Shown here in pieces: positions 37,519 to 47,151 of a stretch of DNA of 64,000 nt. Below the pieces are notes generated by a model that saw nothing but the letters and a program-made list of their open reading frames with translations, did not search any database and was not told the origin of the DNA. This DNA comes from Minisyncoccota bacterium (GTDB lineage Bacteria > Patescibacteriota > Minisyncoccia > Phycocordibacterales > UBA2100): contig DATDWX010000033.1 of assembly GCA_036517335.1 (NCBI GenBank), forward strand, positions 9-64,008, read 5' to 3'. The first letter of the stretch is position 1, and the number at the start of each line of letters is the position of its first letter. The translations under genes and the position numbers were made by a program.

Positions 37519-39300
37519 ATGTCAGATACTGTGCAGCAAATTAAGGATAGGTTGTCTATTACGGATGTGGTCAGCCAGTACGTGAAATTGGAACGAGCGG
37601 GCTCGACACTCCGCGCCCGTTGCCCTTTCCACGCCGAGAAAACACCCTCCTTTTTCGTCTCGCCCGAACGCGGCACCTACCACTGCTTCGGTTGCAATGT
37701 GGGCGGCGACATATTCTCGTTCGTCGAGCAGATCGAGGGACTGGATTTTAAAGGGGCGCTGAAGATTCTTGCAGAAAAAGCCGGCGTGGAGATCGTGTAC
37801 CGGGGCAAGGGTGAGTCTCGGGAGGGCAGGGATGAACGCGACCGATTATTTGCGCTTATGGAAACGGCCGCGATCTTTTATGCGTCGCGCTTGAGCGACG
37901 GGGCGCGGAGTTATTTACAGGGACGCGGCGTCGAAGACGCCACCGTACACGCTTTTCGTATTGGCTGGGCAGGCAATGAGTGGAGCGAGGCGTCGGATTA
38001 TCTGAAAGGCAAAAGGTTTACCGACAAAGAAATGATTGACGCCGGTATTGCAAAGAAAAACGAACGTGGCAACCTGACCGACAAATTCCGCAACCGCATC
38101 ATGTTTCCTATTGCGGATTCAGCCGGGCGCGTGGTGGCTTTTTCTGGTAGAATTTTTGGTGAGCACGCCTCTCCCGAGGCACCCAAATATTTGAATAGCC
38201 CCGAGACGCAGCTGTATCACAAATCCCGGATACTCTACGCATTCGACCGCGCCAAAATGGCTATCCGCAAGGCTGCTTGCGCGGTCTTGGTGGAAGGACA
38301 GATGGATCTCATTATGAGTCACCAAGCAGGATGGACCAACACCGTTGCCGTTTCGGGTACCGCCTTCACGCAGGAGCACGCAGCGCTTATTCGGCGGATG
38401 ACGGATAATCTCGTGCTTGCCCTCGACGCTGATCAGGCGGGTATAAAAGCAGCGGGTCGCGCTGCCCGGGTGGCCCTGCAGGGCGGACTCAATGTGAAAG
38501 TAGCCCAGTTGCCCGAGAATATGGACCCCGCCGACCTCATCGCGAAGCGCGGCATTGATGCGTGGAAAACAGCAATTCGTGAGGCTAAAGACATCATCAC
38601 CTTTTTGCTTGATGTGCTCGAGAAGCACCTGCCTGCGCAGGCAGGTGCCCAGCACAGCGACCGATTTCGCCGTGCGGTGGAGACGGTCGTACTGCCGTTT
38701 GTGGTGGATGTGGGAAGCCCGATTGCGCGTGAGCAGTATATGCGGCAAATCGCAGGGCGCCTCGGCGTCTCGGAGAGCGCAGTCGCAGAGGCGCTGAAGC
38801 GCGTGCCGACCGAGTCTCTCACGACAGGCACCAAGGGAATGGTGGCACCGCCTGAAAGTGGGACAACCACACTGAAGGGTCTCGATAGGGTACAGCCCTC
38901 CTTCGCCAAAGGTTTCGAGAGGACGCGGCATGGATATGCCTTGCTCCTTCTGCAAACTTCGATGCCAAAACCGGACATTGATATTGTGCAATACGCGCGA
39001 GAGCTTGAGGTCGCAATAGGCAAAGAGGCATTCAAAGCTCTCGAAGCCTTGAGCGAATCCGAAAAGGAAGTCCTTCGTTTTTCTGCCGAACGCTTGTACA
39101 GTGCGAGCAAGAATGTAGTGCGTGACGCCCATGAGCTCGTGAAGATCCTCCACGAGGAACGATTGCGGCGCGAACTTGCCGAAGTGGTCAAACTGCAGCA
39201 AAAGGCCGAACGCGCAGGTGGCAAGGCCGAACTGGCCACGCTGGAGAAGCGATCGAAGGTGTTGATAGCCAAGATTGCACAATTGCACGGAAAGGGATAG
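37519..39300 (+). CDS. dnaG: DNA primase
   Basis: Zn-ribbon CPFHAEKTPSF...CFGC and a TOPRIM (VEGQMD, DADQAG). Confidence 0.9.
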   Translation: MSDTVQQIKDRLSITDVVSQYVKLERAGSTLRARCPFHAEKTPSFFVSPERGTYHCFGCNVGGDIFSFVEQIEGLDFKGALKILAEKAGVEIVYRGKGESREGRDERDRLFALMETAAIFYASRLSDGARSYLQGRGVEDATVHAFRIGWAGNEWSEASDYLKGKRFTDKEMIDAGIAKKNERGNLTDKFRNRIMFPIADSAGRVVAFSGRIFGEHASPEAPKYLNSPETQLYHKSRILYAFDRAKMAIRKAACAVLVEGQMDLIMSHQAGWTNTVAVSGTAFTQEHAALIRRMTDNLVLALDADQAGIKAAGRAARVALQGGLNVKVAQLPENMDPADLIAKRGIDAWKTAIREAKDIITFLLDVLEKHLPAQAGAQHSDRFRRAVETVVLPFVVDVGSPIAREQYMRQIAGRLGVSESAVAEALKRVPTESLTTGTKGMVAPPESGTTTLKGLDRVQPSFAKGFERTRHGYALLLLQTSMPKPDIDIVQYARELEVAIGKEAFKALEALSESEKEVLRFSAERLYSASKNVVRDAHELVKILHEERLRRELAEVVKLQQKAERAGGKAELATLEKRSKVLIAKIAQLHGKG

Positions 39301-39441
39301 AATGGTCCTTCACGCTCGATTCATCCGATTTTGAAATAAAAGGGGGTGTGAGGAGCGTATCATAGGCGTAAGCAGCCCTTCTCGAAGAGGGGGTTGCCGC
39401 TTTGTCTGTATTTTTTATTACATCCAGTCCCACCTCATAAT

Positions 39442-40767
39442 ATGGCAGCAAAAAAATCAAAGAAAACAGGCAAGCGCAAACAGGTGAGCCGCCCAAGGCG
39501 CGCGAAGCTTTCGAGGGTCAAGCCGCGCGCGCGGCGTCGCTCCAGCTCCGCACAAACGGCGATGCGCCGAAGGGCTGCCCGCGTGCGGGCTGCGCGTGCT
39601 TCACGTGTACGCGCTCCTTTACCCGCCAAAAAATCCACGGCGACCAAGCCCCTGCCGGGTGAGAGGATCTTCGGCGGAGAGGCAGGACAGCGCAAATACC
39701 AGACTAAAGTCGAGGGGCTCATCCGCCTCGGACGCGAACGCGGCTACGTGACCTATGATGAAATTCTTCGCGAATTTCCCACGATCGAGGAAAACGTTCT
39801 TTTGCTCGAAGAAATGTACGAGCGCTTCGGATCGGCGGGCATCGATGTCTTAGAAGGAGGGGGCATGCTCGGAGATACGACGGCCGACGAAATATTGGAG
39901 AAGAAAAAATTGCAGCACCGCCGCGCGGACGCTGGCTTCGATTCAGTGCAGATGTATCTGCGCGAGATCGGCCAGTACCCGCTCTTGAACGGCGATCAGG
40001 AAAAAACGCTCGCGAAGCGCATTGTGGAAGGTGATCAAGAAGCGCGCGGCATTCTCGCCCGCTCCAACCTTCGTCTGGTCGTATCGATCGCCAAGAAATA
40101 CGTGAATCGCTCGCCCGACCTCACACTCCTCGACCTCATTCAGGAGGGCAATCTCGGCCTTTTCAAGGCGGTGGACAAATTCGATTGGACCAAGGGCTAC
40201 AAATTCTCCACCTATGCGACTTGGTGGATCCGCCAAGCCATCACCCGCGCGCTGGCCGATCAGAGCCGCACCATCCGCATCCCCGTCCACATGGTCGAGA
40301 CCATCGCCAAGTACAAGCAAAAGGTGCGCGAGCTTTCCCAGCACCTGGGGCGCGACCCGCTGCCGGAGGAGATCGCGGCGGAAATGGGCATCGAGATCGA
40401 GAAGATCTACACCATCCAGAAGATCAACCAAGACACCGTGTCTCTCGAGAGCCCGGTGGGTGAAGACGACGACGAGCGCTCCACCTTGGGCAGCTTCATT
40501 GCCGACGACACCATCGCGAGCCCCGATATGGACGCTTCGCGCCGCATCCTCGGCGAGCAAATGATGGACATTCTCGAAGAGCTCTCACCGAAGGAGCGCA
40601 AGATACTCGAAATGCGCAATGGTCTCACCGACGACGGCGTCTGCTCCACCCTCGAAGAAGTAGGCCGAGAATTCGGCGTGACGCGCGAAAGAATTAGGCA
40701 AATTGAGGCAAAGGCGCTAGAGAGAATAAGGTTCCACGAACGCGCAAAACAGCTCCGGAGCTACTAA
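39442..40767 (+). CDS. rpoD: RNA polymerase sigma factor RpoD with a basic N-terminal extension
   Basis: Regions 1.2-4 ([44 protein letters not shown]). Confidence 0.9.
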   Translation: MAAKKSKKTGKRKQVSRPRRAKLSRVKPRARRRSSSAQTAMRRRAARVRAARASRVRAPLPAKKSTATKPLPGERIFGGEAGQRKYQTKVEGLIRLGRERGYVTYDEILREFPTIEENVLLLEEMYERFGSAGIDVLEGGGMLGDTTADEILEKKKLQHRRADAGFDSVQMYLREIGQYPLLNGDQEKTLAKRIVEGDQEARGILARSNLRLVVSIAKKYVNRSPDLTLLDLIQEGNLGLFKAVDKFDWTKGYKFSTYATWWIRQAITRALADQSRTIRIPVHMVETIAKYKQKVRELSQHLGRDPLPEEIAAEMGIEIEKIYTIQKINQDTVSLESPVGEDDDERSTLGSFIADDTIASPDMDASRRILGEQMMDILEELSPKERKILEMRNGLTDDGVCSTLEEVGREFGVTRERIRQIEAKALERIRFHERAKQLRSY

Positions 40768-40864
40768 TTTTAGAGTGTACGTACCGTTGGGAGTTAAGGT
40801 GAGATAGTGTATATTGCTGGGTATGGCTTGGTTTGGATACAAAAAGGATACAGAAACAGAAACA

Positions 40865-41149
40865 ATGCAGATGGCGGTAGACCTGCCAGTATCTTTTATT
40901 GAAGAGGGTAATTCTGTTATTGCCTACACGCCAGCCCTCGATCTGTCGACCTGCGGAAGCACTCATGAAGAAGCCAAACAAATGTTTGACGAAATAGTTA
41001 AAATTTTCTTTAAAGACTTAGTTGAGAACAATACAACTGATGAGGTGCTGTCTTCCTTGGGGTGGACCAAAAAGACCCAGACGGCAAACTGGATGCCGCC
41101 TAAAATTTCACAAGAATCTATCGGGGTCCAAGTTCCGATCCCTGCCTGA
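40865..41149 (+). CDS. hicB: HicB-like antitoxin (UPF0150 fold)
   Basis: VIAYTPALDLSTCGSTHEEAKQMFDEIVKIFF matches the HicB N-terminal domain pattern. Immediately followed by a HicA-like gene. Confidence 0.55.
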   Translation: MQMAVDLPVSFIEEGNSVIAYTPALDLSTCGSTHEEAKQMFDEIVKIFFKDLVENNTTDEVLSSLGWTKKTQTANWMPPKISQESIGVQVPIPA

Positions 41150-41157
41150 CTTCCCGT

Positions 41158-41391
41158 ATGAAGGGGGTCGGTAAGATAAGTTGGCAGAGGTTTGAAAAAT
41201 TTCTCCTCGCGATTGGTTGCGAACTTAAAAGCCAAGAAGCCAGTCATCGCAAATACAAAAAGGCCGGAATTCTAAGGCCGATCATTGTTCCATGCTACAA
41301 AGAAATTCCAGATTTTGTCATTCTTAATAATTTGAGAACGCTCGGGATCTCAAGGGAGTACTTTGAGAAAACGATTAAAAGTTTCCGCTAG
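41158..41391 (+). CDS. hicA: HicA-like mRNA interferase toxin (YcfA family)
   Basis: FEKFLLAIGCELKSQEASHRKYKK...IVPCYKEIPDFVILNNLRTLGISREYF matches the HicA family pattern. Confidence 0.6.
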   Translation: MKGVGKISWQRFEKFLLAIGCELKSQEASHRKYKKAGILRPIIVPCYKEIPDFVILNNLRTLGISREYFEKTIKSFR

Positions 41392-41460
41392 ACAAGAGAG
41401 AATTCTCGCACTCATCCGCCAGACCTGCCCCGTTAGAGGCGAATGCTCTCTAACGGAGTC

Positions 41461-41523
41461 GAAGCCAAAGCCCTCGAACGCATCCGCTTTCACGAACGTG
41501 CCAAGCAACTGCGGAGCTATTAA
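41461..41523 (+). repeat. Synonymously recoded duplicate of the last 20 codons plus stop of rpoD ([20 protein letters not shown])
   Basis: Identical peptide to 40705-40767, but almost every codon differs at the third position or in Arg codon choice. Preceded by the hairpin cgttagag..ctctaacg. Confidence 0.75.
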
Positions 41524-41528
41524 AAATG

Positions 41529-42548
41529 TTAGTGCACCCCTATATTAAAAAGAATATAAGTTACAGCCCCTGCGAGAACTACGTTGATAAAGGTGTTCAC
41601 ATAGGCAGTCAGATTTTGCCAGAAGTTTGATCGCTTGCTCACTGCAAAATCCAAAAGGCTTTTAACTGACGCAATCGGATAGTTTCTGAAATTGCGGCGC
41701 GCATTGTCGTTGTATTCCCGCAGATACTCTCGCGGAGGGTTATAAGTATCCTCAAACCGATCATTGATAAGGTGCGGCAACAACACAGAATCTGATTCAA
41801 ACTCAATCAACTGCTCCATAACTTCAGCAATGTGATCGTTCAGGATGAACCACTTAGCACTTTGTCCAGCGACGAGCAGATTTTTTTCCTCAATATTTGA
41901 CCACTTTTTAACTCGTGACGCCTCGATTTCGCGCATCATATAAAAGAGATTCAGCTCAGACCTGAGCTCTTCAAATATCTGATCCTTGATGTCGAGAAAT
42001 TTGAGCTTATCTACGAATACCTGAACGCGGTCATATCCAGATTGCTTCTCTATCTCCACACCAAAGAAATTGGTTGGGATTACGAAGAAGTCGGCGTGAA
42101 AAGGAGAGGGACCAATTACTTCCAATTCGAAATTACTTCGAAGGTATTTCCGAATGTATCCACGCACCTTTACAATTCCCGTGCTGGGATCTGCGGAGGT
42201 GGTGAGGGGAAAAACGAGCGTAACTGGCGTGTCGTATTCCGATTGGGTCCATAAACTGTACCGGGTATCCGATCCACGAAAATTATGATCAGAGCTCAGA
42301 TCAATATGAAATGAGAAATTCAAAAACCTGAGAGGATGTGTTCCTTCGAGAAGAGCTGGCGGTGCATCAAGATCAGCCTCTATGTGAAGGTTTGATAGAC
42401 CTGGTATATTCCTCAACGCTTCAGAAAGGTTGAGTATTTGTTCCTCCAAAGTTATTGGCACTGCAGATGTTATTTGAAAAAAGAACGAACCTATACCAAA
42501 TGAAAAATTAGTACCTACTGGCAAATTTTCTTTATTCACAAAGCGCAT
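41529..42548 (-). CDS. Hypothetical protein with a C-terminal TM; markedly AT-rich gene
   Basis: 339-aa ORF. Local GC is well below the window average. Convergent with hicA. Confidence 0.5.
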   Translation of the reverse strand: MRFVNKENLPVGTNFSFGIGSFFFQITSAVPITLEEQILNLSEALRNIPGLSNLHIEADLDAPPALLEGTHPLRFLNFSFHIDLSSDHNFRGSDTRYSLWTQSEYDTPVTLVFPLTTSADPSTGIVKVRGYIRKYLRSNFELEVIGPSPFHADFFVIPTNFFGVEIEKQSGYDRVQVFVDKLKFLDIKDQIFEELRSELNLFYMMREIEASRVKKWSNIEEKNLLVAGQSAKWFILNDHIAEVMEQLIEFESDSVLLPHLINDRFEDTYNPPREYLREYNDNARRNFRNYPIASVKSLLDFAVSKRSNFWQNLTAYVNTFINVVLAGAVTYILFNIGVH

Positions 42549-42615
42549 GCTACTCCTTCATGATTGGCTTGTCCAAAACGAGAGACCCGTACCGGCGACG
42601 ATGTGGCGGTACGGG

Positions 42616-43074
42616 TCAGTGTTTCGACCTATTATTGTTGAGGAGGAATTTCCGAGTCCATTGCCAGCCGGAACGATGAGCGAGGTTTCGAGCCGCTAAG
42701 TTGACGAATAGACTGGTCGAACCGCTGAGCGCCGTTGGCGCAAAGCAGCTCCACAAGAATTCCGGTGTCCCATTCAGAAAGTGAGCGAGAGCAACGAAGA
42801 CGAGAGTCATTGCTGCAGGCACCGCGCTGCCCCAAAAATAGGCAGGAAGAGGCTTTTGTATCTTGCAGGAAATGAGCTGTGCGACACCTGCGGTCACTCC
42901 CGTTAGTAGAGCGGATACTGGTGCCTGCGATCCACCGGCCCGAAGGTATTCTATGATGCCGTGGTCCCAGTTGATCAGGGCAACCATAACTCCCTGGAAA
43001 ATGCCCGAGACCAAAGCAAGCTTCCAGTTAAAGACGTCGCGGCAGAAAGCCACGACGTTGCTGAGCAACTTCAT
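42616..43074 (-). CDS. Hypothetical 4-TM membrane protein
   Basis: ORF. A GGAGG RBS 6 nt upstream of the ATG on the minus strand. Confidence 0.45.
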   Translation of the reverse strand: MKLLSNVVAFCRDVFNWKLALVSGIFQGVMVALINWDHGIIEYLRAGGSQAPVSALLTGVTAGVAQLISCKIQKPLPAYFWGSAVPAAMTLVFVALAHFLNGTPEFLWSCFAPTALSGSTSLFVNLAARNLAHRSGWQWTRKFLLNNNRSKH

Positions 43075-43250
43075 GACTTCCTCCCAAAATGCGATTCGAG
43101 GAACAGGCCGACCGGAATCCTACACCCCGCCGCGGGCTTGTCCAAATACTTATGGTATTTGTTAATTCCCTTCTCCGCCAAGGCTACGAAAGGGCACGGC
43201 AAACGAATAAGCAAATACAGTTCATCAAAAACGAAGCGGCCGGTTCCTTT
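43075..43250 (-). promoter_or_regulatory. Conserved roughly 150-nt 5' leader (copy 1 of 2) upstream of the 42616-43074 gene
   Basis: Shares blocks (gtatttgcttatt..tgccg.gccctttc.tagcc..gcggagaa.ggaattaacaaatacca...tatttggac...ggtgtaggatt.cgg) with 43717-43995. Confidence 0.5.
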
Positions 43251-43287
43251 GGCGGGGAACTCGGCCTTCTTGCTCGTAATGTCCGAG

Positions 43288-43716
43288 CTAGTCGGACGGA
43301 GCGGTTGGGTGTTGCGATGCCCAGCGATCGCAGACTGCGCAATAAATCACATCGCCTAGCACTTGGACACCCAGGGCTTCGAACTCAAGGATAAGGTGGC
43401 CGAGCTTCAGACTATCTGCGAGCACAACGCTGGGCTGAGCAGGATGCGCCGCGAGAGCTTTGGCGAGCTTCGCACAACCTTCCCGCATATACCCCGTATA
43501 CAGCTGGTATTCATCGGAGATGTACACCAACTGCAGAGACGGATGCTCTTGAATATAGCTGACTGCATCGTGAAAGAGCGTTCGGCAGCTGACAGTGGAG
43601 GACCACACGCCGGGCTCGGTGGTCTCCAAGCAGAAGTGAAGCATTCCTTCCAAATGGTGACGCCCCATACTGCTCGCCGCCACCATGAGGATGTGTGTGG
43701 CCTTCATCGGAGCCAT
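43288..43716 (-). CDS. Hypothetical small alpha/beta protein, paralogue A (DUF134/NifX-like or DsrE-like; unassigned)
   Basis: Start chosen at the ATG preceded by AGGAGG. Paralogous to the 44042-44434 gene (LVYISDEY...VVLADSLKLG versus FVFIGNEY...VVFANEGLHD). Confidence 0.4.
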   Translation of the reverse strand: MAPMKATHILMVAASSMGRHHLEGMLHFCLETTEPGVWSSTVSCRTLFHDAVSYIQEHPSLQLVYISDEYQLYTGYMREGCAKLAKALAAHPAQPSVVLADSLKLGHLILEFEALGVQVLGDVIYCAVCDRWASQHPTAPSD

Positions 43717-43995
43717 GAGGTTCCTCCTGAGAAGAGCGGACGTTCTCCAGCCGGAGCTATTCCGCCGCAATCCTACACCACGCCTCGAGTTTGCCAAGCC
43801 CCCGTAGCTCCGCCGGAGGCTGATGGTACCGGGGTCCAAATATTATTTTGGTATTTGTTAATTCCTTTCTCCGCCCGGGCTATGAAAGGGCGCGGCAATC
43901 AAATAAGCAAATACGGTTGGTCCAAAATCGGATTTTCAATTCTCTAATTCGCGCGAATAAGCGAATAGTTTGAAATGTCCAAAAATGAAGCGGTC
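43717..43995 (-). promoter_or_regulatory. Conserved 5' leader (copy 2) upstream of paralogue A, with a roughly 70-nt insertion relative to copy 1
   Basis: Blockwise similarity to 43075-43250 seen in the sequence. Confidence 0.5.
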
Positions 43996-44041
43996 GGATC
44001 TTCCCCTTTGATCCGGCCGTTTTATAGTTTGCCGCGTACCG

Positions 44042-44434
44042 TCATGCAGCGTGCCCGTCTTGCGCCCACCCAGCGACCACGACGAGTTCGGAGAGATTGC
44101 GAGCGACTTGCGCGCCTGCGAAGATCGGCGCGTAGAGGTCATGAAGTCCTTCGTTGGCGAACACGACCCGTGGATGCGGCCTGGCCCCCGCTACGGCTTT
44201 AGCGATACCTTGGCAAAACATTTCCATAATATGGGTGTCCACAACTCCATACTCGTTCCCGATGAATACGAAATGGAGGATTCCAGCTCCCTGTATCGCC
44301 GCAGGAGCGTTTGCAAGGTTCTTAAGGTGGTCTAGATCGGGCACCAAACCTTCTCGCAGCTCGACCGCCATCTTCAGAAGAACGGTGTCGCGCGTTTCTC
44401 GTCCCACGCCAATAAGCAAACCACGAACAACCAT
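44042..44434 (-). CDS. Hypothetical small alpha/beta protein, paralogue B
   Basis: Paralogous to 43288-43716. The start is uncertain. Confidence 0.35.
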   Translation of the reverse strand: MVVRGLLIGVGRETRDTVLLKMAVELREGLVPDLDHLKNLANAPAAIQGAGILHFVFIGNEYGVVDTHIMEMFCQGIAKAVAGARPHPRVVFANEGLHDLYAPIFAGAQVARNLSELVVVAGWAQDGHAA

Positions 44435-44569
44435 GTGACTCCCTCCGGAAGGACCGGCAGGACATCTCCCACCAGGCATCAACTCAACACATGCTACACC
44501 CGTTCCCGATTTGTCAAAACGAAGAGGCCGGTCCTCCGGGGGAGGGCCGGCTGCCTGGATGCTGCGAAT

Positions 44570-44914
44570 TTAGGCGGCGTAGGATTTTTCGGCCTCTTGC
44601 TCGAAGACGAAGGTACGGGCTCCTGGGGTGGGCGGGGCGATGGGGATAGTTATCTGGTATTTCGACAACTCTCTTTCGAGCTCGTTCTTTTCTGCCTCAA
44701 GCTTTTTCACCAGGCTTTCGCTGCGATACACGGTGGGGAGGAGCCCAAGCAGTGTCGCAATTACAGCGACGCCGATCACGCAGAGGAGCACGAAGGCGAG
44801 CGGTGCGCTGAAGTGCCAGGCAAGGAGGCTCACGCTCGCAAGAGTAGCGTTTTGGAGGGTAAAGACGGTGAGGCCTGCGCCGAGAATAATGCCCAATATT
44901 AAAGCCAATATCAT
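44570..44914 (-). CDS. LapA/DUF1049-like small membrane protein (2 TM plus coiled coil)
   Basis: Two N-terminal TM helices then a KKLEAEKNELERELSKYQ coiled coil. Confidence 0.4.
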   Translation of the reverse strand: MILALILGIILGAGLTVFTLQNATLASVSLLAWHFSAPLAFVLLCVIGVAVIATLLGLLPTVYRSESLVKKLEAEKNELERELSKYQITIPIAPPTPGARTFVFEQEAEKSYAA

Positions 44915-45031
44915 ATGTGCAATTGTTATCTGCTAATATGTGCATGCCTTAAGACGTATGACAGGCGCAAGTATTTCAGAATGATGGAGTTTGTCCAAAG
45001 CGGGACACCATAGTACGATTTCGACAATATT

Positions 45032-46087
45032 ATGACGGGCACAATAGATTTAGTGAAATTCATACTCGATCGCAACAAGGCGCAGAGCAAGGAATTTTGC
45101 ACGCCCGGCAGCCAGCTCGGCCGCCGCCTCTACCGCGCCCAGCATCCGAGCGAGATAATCGCGCTCAAATGCATGGACGGTCGGCTGAATCTTTCGGTCA
45201 TGACGAATACGCCGCAGGGCATCATCAAACCGTACCGAAATATCGGCGGCAAGTTCGATCTCGGCTGGCCATTCTTCGGGCGATTGATGCTTGAGGATAT
45301 CGAGTTTGCCGTATCGAGAGGTCGGACGACGATCGTGCTTTCCACATACCACTTTTCAAAAGGCGATCAGCATCGCAGTTGCGCTGGCTATGCGTATGAC
45401 AGCGATGCCGCGCGCGCGGGCGCTACCGCACTGTGTGATCAATTCACACGAGCGTTCGGGGGCAACCATGTGGCTGTCTTTCCCATAGTTGTGGGTATCG
45501 AGACCGATGAAGGCGGACTTGTATTCCATGGAGGAGGGAAACGTACCTTTAACATTGCGAATCATGTCGGCGCCAACGCGGAAAATCTGCGAAGCGAATT
45601 GCGGCATATGTATGCAGACATGCCCGAGCACATCATTGATGACCTTATGCCGCTCGTCGTGGGCAATCAGCATTACGTGATCGCTATTCGCGCGCAGAAG
45701 CGGCCGGTGGAAGATATGGAACACAAGGAGCAGATAATCGCCGTGGGGCGCGGATTTGATTGGCTGCATTTGCCGAATCGCGCCCTCATCATCGGGCCGT
45801 ATGACCCGCGCTGGGAAGACGCTGTTGCTACCGCTGGCGCGATCGTGCTGGGCAACATGAAGGCAAAAAGAATTCCGGAGGAAAGCGGCGTATTGCTTCT
45901 CGTTACTGCGCCGTACCGTACCGTGGGGGCCGATCAGGGCGTTGCTGAAGAAAAGGCGCTTTTCCTCGCTCGCGAAGCCGACCGCATTTTCAAGGAGCGC
46001 GTGCCAGCCATACTGGAAAAACTGAAGGTGCTCGTCGGTATTGTTGATCTGAACACAAGGAATTTCAACGTGTTAAAAAAAGCCTAA
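45032..46087 (+). CDS. Hypothetical protein with divergent beta-carbonic-anhydrase-like Cys/His motifs (C-M-D-G-R ... H-R-S-C-A-G)
   Basis: Motif resemblance only. Assignment is weak. Confidence 0.3.
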   Translation: MTGTIDLVKFILDRNKAQSKEFCTPGSQLGRRLYRAQHPSEIIALKCMDGRLNLSVMTNTPQGIIKPYRNIGGKFDLGWPFFGRLMLEDIEFAVSRGRTTIVLSTYHFSKGDQHRSCAGYAYDSDAARAGATALCDQFTRAFGGNHVAVFPIVVGIETDEGGLVFHGGGKRTFNIANHVGANAENLRSELRHMYADMPEHIIDDLMPLVVGNQHYVIAIRAQKRPVEDMEHKEQIIAVGRGFDWLHLPNRALIIGPYDPRWEDAVATAGAIVLGNMKAKRIPEESGVLLLVTAPYRTVGADQGVAEEKALFLAREADRIFKERVPAILEKLKVLVGIVDLNTRNFNVLKKA

Positions 46088-46183
46088 ATCTTGCTATAAC
46101 GGTGGTCCCTCTTTTTTGATGATGTAAAGGCGGGGACGTTCGAGGAGGTTTGTCGGGTGTGAGATACTCGATATACTCGCCTC

Positions 46184-47038
46184 ATGGCGAGGAAAAAAAC
46201 GGCATTGCCCATAACCCACTGGAGCTACTCCTCGTTAATGTCTTATTTGCGCAATCCTTTGGCTTGGTACAAGCGCTACGTAGAGCACGTGTACGACACG
46301 CCTTCGTCGCCCGCGGGTATCATTGGCCGGGCGGGGCATGTGGCCTTGCAACATTTCTACAGCGGGATAGCGAAGGAGGGCGCGATTGATCTAGGATTGG
46401 AATATTTGCGCAGCGTGCCGGACTTTGAGATCAATTTTGGCAAGCTAAAGTCCCTGCCTGCCGGCAGGCAGGGTGCCGCGCAAAGGAGAAAGCGCCAGCT
46501 GATGGGACGCGAATACCTGCAGGCGGTCGCTTTCTACTTGGAGAAGCCGCCACGCTACGATGTCTTGGGCGTGGAGGTCAGGGCCGACGCACTAGTACAA
46601 GGATTGCCCCTGCCGATACGTGCGGTATCCGATCTCGTCGTGCGGTCAAAGGGGGAGCGGGATGCGCTTGATGTCGTAGATCACAAATTTGTGGATTCTT
46701 TCAGCGCGCTCGGCGCTGGCAAGACGCTCTTCGTCATCCAAGCCATCTTCAACTACTACACCGTCTCACAGATGTACGATAGACCTGTACGCCGCTTCAT
46801 TCTGCAGGAGTGCAAAAAAAGAAAAAACGCCGACGGCTCACCCCAAATGCGCAAATATGTAATCAACTTCGACGAACGAGCCGAAGATTTCGCCCTCTTC
46901 CACCGTTTAATCAAGGAAACAACGGCCGATCTCGCAAAGCGACAACACTTCCTCCCCAATCCATCTGATATGTTCGAAGGCGAGAATTCCTTTGATATTT
47001 ATCGGCTTGGATTGACTGGTAAAAATCACACGTTATAA
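46184..47038 (+). CDS. PD-(D/E)XK nuclease superfamily protein (RecB/Cas4-like N-terminus, no Cys cluster)
   Basis: N-terminal HWSYSSLMSYLRNPLAWYKRYV and a D...D-x-K-like motif (ALDVVDHKF). Confidence 0.5.
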   Translation: MARKKTALPITHWSYSSLMSYLRNPLAWYKRYVEHVYDTPSSPAGIIGRAGHVALQHFYSGIAKEGAIDLGLEYLRSVPDFEINFGKLKSLPAGRQGAAQRRKRQLMGREYLQAVAFYLEKPPRYDVLGVEVRADALVQGLPLPIRAVSDLVVRSKGERDALDVVDHKFVDSFSALGAGKTLFVIQAIFNYYTVSQMYDRPVRRFILQECKKRKNADGSPQMRKYVINFDERAEDFALFHRLIKETTADLAKRQHFLPNPSDMFEGENSFDIYRLGLTGKNHTL

Positions 47039-47151
47039 CGCGTACGGTAGCAAATTCGCTATCGCTTGAAAAAGGACGCTAGCTTTGCAAAGACGGGGAG
47101 GATATACTGCCAGCAGAATGAACCGGGAGTTTATTTATAATTTTATCTATC

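Noticed and set aside
40768-41523. Integron cassette / attC interpretation of the hicBA insert
   Set aside because: No integron integrase or attI is visible in the window. The flanking repeat is a coding duplicate of rpoD rather than an attC-type imperfect palindrome.
45032-46087. Confident beta-carbonic anhydrase call for the 351-aa protein
   Set aside because: Only loose C-x-D-x-R and H-x-x-C motif resemblance, so it is reported as hypothetical.
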